64,000 nt of DNA from Acidobacteriota bacterium (GTDB lineage Bacteria; Acidobacteriota; Vicinamibacteria; Vicinamibacterales; Vicinamibacteraceae): assembly GCA_020845575.1 (NCBI GenBank), contig JADLFL010000002.1:25309-89308 (forward strand). The letters are read 5' to 3'. Under the pieces are notes generated by a model that was not told where the DNA came from, did no database searches, and saw nothing but the letters and a program-made list of their open reading frames with translations. Below are positions 17,886 through 25,900 of this stretch, one piece after another (position 1 is the stretch's first letter; each line of letters starts with the position of its first letter). The position numbers and the translations under genes were made by a program.

Positions 17886-18880
17886 TCACCGTGCGGCGAT
17901 GCGGCGTCGCGCTGCTCGCGATCGTGTGCACGTGTGCGCTAGCGGCGCCGTGGCTGTCGACGGGCGATGTCGCGACTCAGTATCCCGACTACGCCCTCGC
18001 GGGGCCGTCGCTCGCGCGGCGCGACATGGTCGAGCGCCTGCCGCCCACGTATCGCGCGCGCGACGAGCGCCTGCCGCTGGAGTGGTTCGCCGGACATCTC
18101 GTGCGCAGCGCCGATCCGCACGAACCGTTGCTGCCGCTCGGCAGCGACACGCTCGGGCGCGATCAATGGACGCGCCTGCTCTATGGCGCGCGGTTGTCGC
18201 TGGGACTGGCGGGCGTGGCGCTCGTCGCCTCCGTCGCGATCGGCACGCTGGTGGGGCTCGTCGCTGGACGACGAGCCGGATGGACCGACAGCGCGCTGAT
18301 GCGCCTCGCGGACCTGTTCATCGCGTGGCCGGCGCTGTACGTCGTGCTCGTGCTGCGCGCGGCGCTGCCACTCACGCTGCCGTTCGGCACGCTGTTCCTC
18401 ATGATGGCCGCGGTGCTCACGCTCGCGGGCTGGGCGATCGTCGCGCGCGCGGTGCGCGCGGTGACCGCATCGGAGCGCAGCCGCGAGTCGGTACTGGCCG
18501 CGGAAGCCGCCGGCGCGTCGCCCGCCTGGATCATCAGGCGTCACCTGTTGCCGGCGAGCGTGCCCGTGATCGTGACGCAGGCGCTGCTGCTGGTGCCGAC
18601 GTTCATCCTCGCCGAAGCCACGCTCTCGTTCGTCGGCCTCGGCTTCGCGGAACCGGCACCGTCATGGGGCACGATGCTGCGCGAGGCCAGCAATCCGTTC
18701 ACGCTGCGCCACGCGCCATGGCTGCTCGCACCGGCCGGTGCGATCGCGCTCGTGACGCTGGCGGTGAATCTCATCTCCGGCAACCGGCAACGGGCAACCG
18801 GCAACCGGACATCGAACGGGTTGCCCCCCGTTCGCTCCGTCTCGGGTTCGGATACACGACCATCTGGTTTCCGTCGCTAG
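17882..18880 (+). CDS. ABC peptide transporter permease, DppC/OppC-like
   Basis: LGSDTLGRDQWTRLLYGARLSL, AAEAAGAS, ILAEATLSFVGLG, PSWGTML; GTG 17882 overlaps the upstream stop. Confidence 0.87.
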   Translation: MITVRRCGVALLAIVCTCALAAPWLSTGDVATQYPDYALAGPSLARRDMVERLPPTYRARDERLPLEWFAGHLVRSADPHEPLLPLGSDTLGRDQWTRLLYGARLSLGLAGVALVASVAIGTLVGLVAGRRAGWTDSALMRLADLFIAWPALYVVLVLRAALPLTLPFGTLFLMMAAVLTLAGWAIVARAVRAVTASERSRESVLAAEAAGASPAWIIRRHLLPASVPVIVTQALLLVPTFILAEATLSFVGLGFAEPAPSWGTMLREASNPFTLRHAPWLLAPAGAIALVTLAVNLISGNRQRATGNRTSNGLPPVRSVSGSDTRPSGFRR

Positions 18881-18901
18881 AATGTGGCTCGGAGGAATCT
18901 G

Positions 18902-19675
18902 ATGACATCGCGTCTTGTCGCGCTGCTGGCAGGCGTGCTCGCACTCGCCGGCTTCACCAGCCAAACGCCGCGCGAGTTGCGTGTGCTCACCTTCAATATC
19001 CATCACGCCGAAGGCATGGACGGCCGTCTCGACGTCGAGCGCATCGCGCAGGTGATCCGCGATTCGAAGGCCGACATCGTCGGCCTGCAGGAAGTGGATC
19101 GCGGCGTCGAGCGGACGGGACGACGGGATCTGCTGAAGGAGATCGCGGACCTCACGGGGATGCGGTTCTCGTTCGGCAAGAACCTCGACCACCAGGGCGG
19201 CGAGTACGGCAACGCATTCCTCACGTCGCACCCCATCGTCTCGGAGGGCAACAAGCCGCTGCCCAACGCCAACAACGTCGAGCCGCGCGGCGTGCTGCAG
19301 ACGGTGATCGACGTCGCTGGCACGAAGGTGCTCGTGCTCACGACGCACCTCGATTTCAGCAGGGACGAGCGTGATCGCGTGGCCAGTGCCGACGCGATGC
19401 TCGCGATGGTGGAGGCATTCGGCGGCGGTCCGGTGATCGCGATGGGCGACTTCAACGACTCGCCGGAGCGCACCCCATGGAAGCGCCTGACCAGCGGATT
19501 CACCGACGTGTGGACGGCCGTCGGTCAGAGCGACGGCTTCACGATCCCCGTCGAGACGCCGCGCCGCCGCATCGACTGGATCCTCGTCCGCGGCCTCACG
19601 CCCGTCCGCGCGGAAGTGCTGAGAACCGACGCATCCGACCACCTCCCCGTCGTCGCGACGGTGACGCTGCCGTAG
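18902..19675 (+). CDS. Secreted endonuclease/exonuclease/phosphatase (EEP) family protein
   Basis: LTFNIHH, GLQEVD, THLD, MGDFN, IDWI, SDHLPV; SD GGAGGA before ATG 18902. Confidence 0.9.
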   Translation: MTSRLVALLAGVLALAGFTSQTPRELRVLTFNIHHAEGMDGRLDVERIAQVIRDSKADIVGLQEVDRGVERTGRRDLLKEIADLTGMRFSFGKNLDHQGGEYGNAFLTSHPIVSEGNKPLPNANNVEPRGVLQTVIDVAGTKVLVLTTHLDFSRDERDRVASADAMLAMVEAFGGGPVIAMGDFNDSPERTPWKRLTSGFTDVWTAVGQSDGFTIPVETPRRRIDWILVRGLTPVRAEVLRTDASDHLPVVATVTLP

Positions 19676-19716
19676 GAAGGAAGGCCGAAGGAAAGAGGAC
19701 GAAGGAAGCCGGCAAC

Positions 19717-19763
19717 ACGAAAATAGTGGACACTGGTCCACTATTGTTACGAAAATAGTGGAC
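19717..19763. promoter_or_regulatory. Operator-like array upstream of the first DUF4143 ATPase
   Basis: AATAGTGGAC-ACTG-GTCCACTATT perfect dyad (19722-19745) and a 15-bp direct repeat ACGAAAATAGTGGAC (19717, 19749). Confidence 0.65.
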
Positions 19764-19811
19764 CTCAGCCCACTCCGTCCGTGAAGCAGGACCAGGGGCA
19801 ATGGGGGCACC

Positions 19812-20990
19812 ATGGCCATCGATCGCTACCTGAAGGCGGAGATCGTCTCGACGCTGGCTCAACGCATGGCGTTCATCGGTGGGCCGAGACAGATCGGCAA
19901 GACGACGCTCGCGTTGTCGCTCATCGGCCCTGATGCAACAGAACGCCATCCGGCCTACCTGAACTGGGACGATCCCAAGGTTCCGCCGGCGGTGCGCCGC
20001 GGGCAACTGCCGCCGGACGAGCCGCTCGTGGTGCTCGACGAGATCCACAAGTACGCGCGGTGGAGAAACCTGGTCAAGGGACTCTACGACACGGAGAAGA
20101 GCGTCCGCCAGTTCATCGTCACCGGCTCTGCGCGCCTCGATCACTACCGGAAGGGTGGCGACTCGCTCGCGGGCCGGTATCGCTACTTTCGGCTGCATCC
20201 GTTCTCGGTCAACGAGATCGCGGCGGCCACCGGAGCCCCTGCAGGCGAGCATGTGGATGCGCTGCTCGCATTCGGCGGATTCCCGGAGCCGCTGCTCGCT
20301 CAGAACGCGCGGGCGCTGCGGCGCTGGCAACGGGAGCGTCTCACGCGAGTGGTACGCGAGGACCTGCGTGACCTGGAGCGCGTTCGGGACGTCTCGCTCG
20401 TCGAGCAGCTTGTCGACCTGTTGCCGGAACGTGTCGGCTCCCTGCTCTCGGTGCGGAGCCTGCGCGAGGATCTCGAGGTCGATCACAAGACCGCCGAGCA
20501 CTGGATCACGATCCTCGAGAACCTGTACGTCTGTTTCCGCGTTCCGCCATATGGCGATCCGGCGCGGCGCCGCAGTCCGGGCAGTCCGGCCACGCGCATC
20601 CGCGCGCTGAAGAAGCAGCAGAAGCTCTATCTGTGGGACTGGTCGGTCGTACCTGACGAGGGGGCGCGCTTCGAGAACCTCGTGGCCGCGCAGCTCCTCA
20701 AGTACTGCCACTGGCAGGAGGACGTCGAAGGCCATCGCATGGAGCTTCGCTTCCTCCGCGACGTCGACGGACGCGAAGTGGACTTCGTGGTCATTCAGGA
20801 CAAGCGCCCGATCTTCGCCGTCGAATGCAAGACTGGTGAGCGAGCAGCGAGCCCGGCCATCCGCTACTTCGCCGAGCGCACGTCGATCCCCGTCTTCTAT
20901 CAGGTACACCGTGGTACCCGGCACTTCCAGCAGGGCCACGCTACTGTCGTTCCCTTCGCCCGCTGGTGCATGGACATGCAGTTGCCGTGA
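19812..20990 (+). CDS. AAA_14 + DUF4143 ATP-binding protein
   Basis: GPRQIGKTT, VLDEIHK, VTGSA, LAGR, GGFPE, KLYLWD, FENLVA, REVDFV...AVECK. Confidence 0.88.
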   Translation: MAIDRYLKAEIVSTLAQRMAFIGGPRQIGKTTLALSLIGPDATERHPAYLNWDDPKVPPAVRRGQLPPDEPLVVLDEIHKYARWRNLVKGLYDTEKSVRQFIVTGSARLDHYRKGGDSLAGRYRYFRLHPFSVNEIAAATGAPAGEHVDALLAFGGFPEPLLAQNARALRRWQRERLTRVVREDLRDLERVRDVSLVEQLVDLLPERVGSLLSVRSLREDLEVDHKTAEHWITILENLYVCFRVPPYGDPARRRSPGSPATRIRALKKQQKLYLWDWSVVPDEGARFENLVAAQLLKYCHWQEDVEGHRMELRFLRDVDGREVDFVVIQDKRPIFAVECKTGERAASPAIRYFAERTSIPVFYQVHRGTRHFQQGHATVVPFARWCMDMQLP

Positions 20991-21046
20991 TCGGGGCATC
21001 CGGCCGCCCGTTGCCACGTTCCCGTCGTAAAGAGGACGACCCAGAG

Positions 21047-21100
21047 TTTCCTTGCACGGAGGGAAATATCTGGTCGATACTTTCCCTGTGCAGAGGGAAA
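21047..21100. promoter_or_regulatory. Two copies of a 20-bp dyad at the start of the second DUF4143 ATPase
   Basis: TTTCCTTGCACGGAGGGAAA (21047-21066) and TTTCCCTGTGCAGAGGGAAA (21081-21100); the second overlaps the GTG start. Confidence 0.6.
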
Positions 21101-22368
21101 CCCTGAAGTACATCCTGGCCGACGCCATGGCCAGGCCGTTGCCGGAGGTGGTGCCGAGAGCGCTGACGCTGCCGCTGGATTCGCGCAAGGTCGTGGCGCT
21201 GGTCGGCATCAGGCGGTGCGGCAAGACGTCGATCCTCTACGACACGATGCGCCGCCTCGAAGCGAGCGGCGTCGACAGGCGGCGGATGGTCTACCTGAAT
21301 TTCGAGGACGACCGCCTGCTGCCGATCGAGACGGCGGAGTTCGATCACGTGCTCCGCGCGCACGCGGAGCTCTACCCGGAGGTGGCCGGCCAGCCGCGGT
21401 ACTACTTCTTCGACGAGGTGCAGCGCGCGCCGCGCTGGGAGACGTTCGTGCGGCGGCTCGTGGACACCGAAGGTGCCCGCGTCTTCGTCACCGGCTCCTC
21501 GTCGGACCTGCTGGTGCGCGACGTGGCGACGAGCCTCCGCGGACGCAGCATCTCGTTCGAGGTCTTCCCGCTGTCGTTCCCGGAGTTCCTCGCGTTCAGG
21601 GGCATCGAGCACACGCGGTACTCGCGCGCGTCGGAAGGACGGATCGCCGCGGCGCTCGACGACTATCTCGACACCGGAGGGCTTCCCGAGATCGTCCTGG
21701 CCGACGAGGCCCTGCGTCCGCGCATCCTGCAGGAGTACGTGGACCTGGTCTTCTACAAGGACCTCGTCGATCGCTACCGCGTGGGCAACGGACCCGTGAT
21801 GCGGCAGTTGCTCAAGACCTGCCTGGGCCAGCCGGCCGCGCTCTTCAGCGCGCACAAGGTCTATCAGGACCTGCGCTCGCAGGGGTACCAGCTCTCGAAA
21901 GACACCGTGTACCAGTACCTCGGCTACCTGGAGGAGTCGTACGTCGTGTTCACGCTTGCCGTGGCGGAGAAGTCGATACGGAAGCAGGCGGCCAATCCCA
22001 AGAAGGTGCACCCGGTGGACTGGGCGCTGGGCTATCCGTTCGTCCCGGCTCGACGCATCGACGTGGGGCACAAACTCGAGACGGCGGTGTTCCTGCACTG
22101 GCGTCGCCAGCGTCGCGATCTCGCGTACCTCGCCGGCGCGCGCGAAGTCGATCTCGTCGTCGATCCCGACAGGCCCGAAGCCGCCCTCAACGTGGCGTAC
22201 TCGGTGACCGACGCCGACACATGGGACCGTGAGATGGCGAGCCTCGAAGCGGCCGCCACGCGGGTCCCGAAGGCCGAGCGCGTGCTCGTCGCCCACGAGA
22301 CCGGTTCGCGCAAGCCCCCGAAGGGCGTGAAGGTGCTCGACGCCTGGCGCTACCTGCTTGGCGCGTAG
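21088..22368 (+). CDS. Second AAA_14 + DUF4143 ATP-binding protein, divergent from the first
   Basis: GIRRCGKTS, YLNFEDDRL, FFDEVQ, VTGSSS, LRGRS, GGLPE, NPKKVHPVD, LETAVF, REVDLV; probable GTG start at 21088. Confidence 0.88.
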   Translation: MQRETLKYILADAMARPLPEVVPRALTLPLDSRKVVALVGIRRCGKTSILYDTMRRLEASGVDRRRMVYLNFEDDRLLPIETAEFDHVLRAHAELYPEVAGQPRYYFFDEVQRAPRWETFVRRLVDTEGARVFVTGSSSDLLVRDVATSLRGRSISFEVFPLSFPEFLAFRGIEHTRYSRASEGRIAAALDDYLDTGGLPEIVLADEALRPRILQEYVDLVFYKDLVDRYRVGNGPVMRQLLKTCLGQPAALFSAHKVYQDLRSQGYQLSKDTVYQYLGYLEESYVVFTLAVAEKSIRKQAANPKKVHPVDWALGYPFVPARRIDVGHKLETAVFLHWRRQRRDLAYLAGAREVDLVVDPDRPEAALNVAYSVTDADTWDREMASLEAAATRVPKAERVLVAHETGSRKPPKGVKVLDAWRYLLGA

Positions 22369-22437
22369 GTCTACTATCCTCAACGAACTGGATCAGCGCC
22401 GCAATCCAGGCTCGCCAGCAGCACGAATTCATCGCCC

Positions 22438-22471
22438 CCGCAGGGTGACACTACACCGCCCCTGCGGCTAC
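22438..22471 (-). repeat. GTAG-footed REP-like hairpin overlapping a stop codon
   Basis: Minus strand GTAG-CCGCAGGG-14 nt-CCCTGCGG. Confidence 0.5.
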
Positions 22472-23269
22472 GTCACCGGTGGTGGCGTCACTTCTGTCAC
22501 GCTGTGGAATTGAAACACCACACTTGACGCGCTCTTCTCGGGCGCCGATGAAGCGAGGCTTTTTACCCCAAAGCTGGTGGGGCGGCGCACTCTGTCTTTA
22601 TCCAGAAGAGCGAAGACTGGGACAGGTAGAAGCCGGACTTTCTGTCCACTGAGGTGCTGGTCTTTCTGAGGGGCTGGGACGACAATTTGGAACGTCATGT
22701 TGCCGAACGCCAGTACCATTACGTACATAGGCCCAGTCTTGCTGCTCGGCTTTCGCCGCAACAGCACAACGCTCGTGTGCGCAATTGGCAGCGGACCTGG
22801 AGTCCAACTGCGTATGCATCTGTAATTCGTCCCGTCGTCGATCCGGTGTGTTGTAAGGTCAGGCTCTCGCAGCCAGCGCAAGGCCTCCTGAACATTCTTG
22901 ATATCGCTCTCATCCATGAGAGTCAGAGCAATTTTCACAAGAGCCTTATAGACGCCGAGCGGGCGATAGGAACGCGGAGCGATCGTGACCGTCAGCGTTC
23001 TCTTATCGTGATCAATGTCGGTGATGGGATCGCCGTCGCACTCCTGTATCCGCAGGAACGGGTGGTTCGTCGACCTCCTCCGTCCGATCGGGTGGTGCGG
23101 AGCGAAGCCATTCATCGAGCTCGTGACGAATCGCATACACGACGGACGCCTTCGAGCCCGGCACGCGGTGCACCGGCATCCCGCGTTCCGCGTGCCACCG
23201 CTGCGCGGTCCTCACGTTCCGCCGCAGGTGGTTGGCGATCTCCTTCCAACCGTCGATTCGTCCGTCCAT
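22468..23269 (-). pseudogene. Excisionase-like HTH ORF overlapping, out of frame, a low-GC domain resembling an HNH-endonuclease C-terminal region
   Basis: 23012-23269 GWKEIANHLRRNVRTAQRW (HTH); 22468-23136 is in another frame, with YRPLGVYKALVKIALTLM and LAFGNMTFQI; sampled line 22921-22980 is 33/60 G+C; the HNH-family resemblance is from recall only. Confidence 0.5.
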
Positions 23270-23364
23270 TCAGAGGCTCGATAGGGGCACTCGGCCCCAG
23301 ACGAGTGGGGATTCTACAACCTGGCAGGACGCATTGGAGCCCTCGGAGGCCCAGGCCAGTCCGC

Positions 23365-23769
23365 TCAGACGAATGGCGTGACGGTGGTCACGACGTCGCG
23401 GGCGCTGTCGCGCGCGGCGGTGGCGTCGGATTCCTTGTAGAAGCTCGAAGGTGTCAGGTCTTCCGCGCCGTAGAACGCAAGCTCGCGATCCCGGCGCAGC
23501 GTGCGGGATGCACGCGCCAGACGCTCCACGTGCGGAGCGAGCGCATCCGGCAGCAAACCGCGTTCGGCGACCAGGACATCCGCGACGTCGTGTACACGAG
23601 GGGGATCGACGCCGACCGACCTGAGGAGTCCCTTCAGAGCCAGTTCGACGACCTCCTGCGCTTCGCGCACGACGTCAGCCCAGCTCTCGGCCTCGAACAG
23701 GACGTCCAGCGCTCGCAGGCGCGCGGTGGCCCGACGCACGTGATCGACGGCAAGTTCCCGGTTACGCAT
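23365..23769 (-). CDS. HEPN domain protein
   Basis: 134 aa; EAQEVVELALKGLL, PPRVHDV, RRDRELAFYG; directly downstream of an MNT gene. Confidence 0.85.
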   Translation of the reverse strand: MRNRELAVDHVRRATARLRALDVLFEAESWADVVREAQEVVELALKGLLRSVGVDPPRVHDVADVLVAERGLLPDALAPHVERLARASRTLRRDRELAFYGAEDLTPSSFYKESDATAARDSARDVVTTVTPFV

Positions 23770-23784
23770 CGAACCGTCGTGGCA

Positions 23785-24258
23785 TCACGCCGCGCCCTTC
23801 CAGTAGGCTTGCCCGTGCGTCGTCCCCCGGACCAGGCGTCCCTCGGCGATGCTTCGGCTGACGCCAAGCAGGAAACGGCCGATCGCCCCGGTCGAGTCGT
23901 GCCAGACGACGCCGTCGACAGCGGCTTCACACCAGAGCGCCGATGGCTGTGCGCCCGGCTCGGGACAGTGAACGAAATGTACGTCGACCACGCGCCCCTC
24001 GACCTTGAGCGGCTCCTCGTCCCAGGGACGGTAGAGACGACGCTCGATTGCCACATCCGGCGCCAGGACCACCAGCACGTCGATGTCGGAACCCCGAGCC
24101 GCATCACCACGCGTCCACGAGCCGATGGCGACCAGCCCCAGCAGGGAGCGGCCGAACTGCCGCTCGACCCGACTCAGAATCGCGACATACGCCGCGACGG
24201 CCTGATCGAGGCGAGCGGGCGCCTGCTGGCGGCGGACGCGAACCGTGTTGGACGACAC
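23785..24258 (-). CDS. Minimal nucleotidyltransferase (MNT)
   Basis: IGSWTRGDAARGSDIDVLVV (GS-x10-DxD); GTG start inferred at 24258. Confidence 0.85.
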   Translation of the reverse strand: MSSNTVRVRRQQAPARLDQAVAAYVAILSRVERQFGRSLLGLVAIGSWTRGDAARGSDIDVLVVLAPDVAIERRLYRPWDEEPLKVEGRVVDVHFVHCPEPGAQPSALWCEAAVDGVVWHDSTGAIGRFLLGVSRSIAEGRLVRGTTHGQAYWKGAA

Positions 24259-24324
24259 CTCGTGATCATGCTCGCGCCAGGCACGATCTCGCAAGGCATG
24301 CAGTCGGCAGCCGACAGGCGGAAA

Positions 24325-24354
24325 TTGACACGACAGCGGACGGGCGACTACGCT
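24325..24354 (+). promoter_or_regulatory. Sigma70-type promoter of the his operon
   Basis: TTGACA (24325-24330), 18-nt spacer, TACGCT (24349-24354). Confidence 0.7.
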
Positions 24355-24363
24355 TGTACGGTC

Positions 24364-24447
24364 ATGGCGTTCGTCGGCCAGCAGCAGCATCACCATCATC
24401 ACCATGCCCACCGCCGTGGGACCGGTGATGGTCTGCGCGCCTGCTGA
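24364..24447 (+). CDS. hisL: his operon leader peptide
   Basis: MAFVGQQQHHHHHHAHRRGTGDGLRAC: six consecutive His codons plus one more, upstream of a terminator and hisI. Confidence 0.88.
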   Translation: MAFVGQQQHHHHHHAHRRGTGDGLRAC

Positions 24448-24485
24448 CGCGAGTTTCGCGACAACCAACAGCACGCCTCAAACGC

Positions 24486-24522
24486 AGCCTCGCTGGTCGA
24501 TCCGGCGGGGCTTTTGTGTGTT
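24486..24522 (+). terminator. Attenuator terminator of the his leader
   Basis: AGCCTCGCTGG-TCGAT-CCGGCGGGGCT 11-bp stem (2 G-U pairs) followed by TTTGTGTGTTT. Confidence 0.85.
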
Positions 24523-24683
24523 TGGGGGATACCGGCAACCGGCAATGGGCAACCGGCAACCGGAGGGCAGGACGGGATACCGGGCGTCAGGGGCGCAGGA
24601 CCGCCATTTGGCGCGGGTGGCGCCGGACGGGGTGGCTCCGGCGACAGGACTCGCGCCATCAGCCCGGGGATCAAGGACGGAAG

Positions 24684-24992
24684 ATGGATTTCGAGAAGTT
24701 TCACGGGCTGGTGCCCGCCGTGGTGCAGGACGATGCGAGCAATGAGGTGCTGATGGTGGGCTTCATGAACGAAGAGGCCCTGCGACGCACGCGCGAGACG
24801 GGCTTTGTCACCTTCTTCAGCCGCACGCGCAACACGCTCTGGACCAAGGGCGAGACGTCGGGCAACAGGCTCAAGGTGGTGCGCCTGCTCACCGACTGCG
24901 ACAACGACACCGTGCTCGCGCGCGTCGAGCGGCAGGGCGACGGCCTCGTGTGCCACACGGGCACCGTCAGCTGCTTCAACGAGGAAATCTGA
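24684..24992 (+). CDS. hisI: Phosphoribosyl-AMP cyclohydrolase (monofunctional)
   Basis: GLVPAVVQD, FFSRTRNTLWTKGETSGN, DCDNDT, CHTGTVSCF; no HisE domain; start ATG 24684. Confidence 0.93.
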   Translation: MDFEKFHGLVPAVVQDDASNEVLMVGFMNEEALRRTRETGFVTFFSRTRNTLWTKGETSGNRLKVVRLLTDCDNDTVLARVERQGDGLVCHTGTVSCFNEEI

Positions 24993-25898
24993 ATGGCACC
25001 CTCCGACTCCGCTCAGGGCAAACTTCGTCTTGGCATCCCGAAGGGCTCGCTGCAGGACTCCACCGTGCAGCTCTTCGCGCGCGCCGGCTGGAACATCTAC
25101 GTCAGCTCGCGCTCGTACGTCCCCGGCACCGACGATCAGGAACTGGAGTGCATGCTGATCCGCGCGCAGGAGATGGCGCGCTACGTGGCCGATGGGGTGC
25201 TCGACGCGGGACTCACCGGCCAGGACTGGATCGCCGAGCAGCTCATCGCGTCGCGCGCCGAAGTCGTGCCCGTGCAGGAGCTCGTGTACTCGAAGCAGAG
25301 TTTCGGCACCGTGAAGTGGGTACTTGCCGCCCCAGACGATTCGCGCTTCACGAAGCCCGAGGACTTCGCGGGCTGCACGATCGCCACGGAACTCGTGAAG
25401 GTGACCGAGGACTACTTCCAGGCCAAGGGCATCGACGTCACCGTTGAATTCTCCTGGGGTGCCACCGAGGTCAAGCCGCCCGTGCTCGCCGACGGTATCG
25501 TCGAGGCCACCGAAACGGGATCGACGCTGCGCGCCAACAGGCTGCGGATCATCGACACGGTGATGGAGTCGCGCACGCAGCTCATCGCGAATCCGGCGGC
25601 GTGGGTCGACCCGTGGAAGAAGACCAAGATCGAGAACATCGCGCTGCTGCTGCGCGCGGCGATCGAGGCACAGGGTCGCGTGGGGCTGATGCTCAACGTC
25701 AAGCGCGACGCGCTGAAGACGCTCCTCGAACTCGTGCCGGCGCTGCGTCGTCCCACGGTGTCGTCGCTGAGCGACGAGGACTGGGTGGCCGTGAACACGA
25801 TCATCGAAGAGCGCGTGGTGCGCGACCTCGTCCCGCGACTCAAGGCCGCCGGCGCCGAGGGCATCGTCGAGTACCCGCTCAACAAGATCGTGGTGTGA
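24993..25898 (+). CDS. hisG: ATP phosphoribosyltransferase, long form
   Basis: [41 protein letters not shown]-terminal regulatory domain. Confidence 0.95.
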   Translation: MAPSDSAQGKLRLGIPKGSLQDSTVQLFARAGWNIYVSSRSYVPGTDDQELECMLIRAQEMARYVADGVLDAGLTGQDWIAEQLIASRAEVVPVQELVYSKQSFGTVKWVLAAPDDSRFTKPEDFAGCTIATELVKVTEDYFQAKGIDVTVEFSWGATEVKPPVLADGIVEATETGSTLRANRLRIIDTVMESRTQLIANPAAWVDPWKKTKIENIALLLRAAIEAQGRVGLMLNVKRDALKTLLELVPALRRPTVSSLSDEDWVAVNTIIEERVVRDLVPRLKAAGAEGIVEYPLNKIVV

Positions 25899-25900
25899 GC

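Noticed and set aside
20572-20589. 9-nt tandem duplication GCAGTCCGG in the first DUF4143 gene
   Set aside because: Real but in-frame, in a probable loop; no evidence of phase variation or function
19676-24300. Prophage or integrative element
   Set aside because: No integrase, terminase, structural genes, tRNA or att-like flanking direct repeats were seen; the excisionase-like HTH alone is insufficient
24388-24411. Poly-His as a metal-binding tail of the 597-aa ORF 22654-24447
   Set aside because: That ORF is antisense to three real genes; the His run is better explained by the 27-aa his leader with its promoter and terminator
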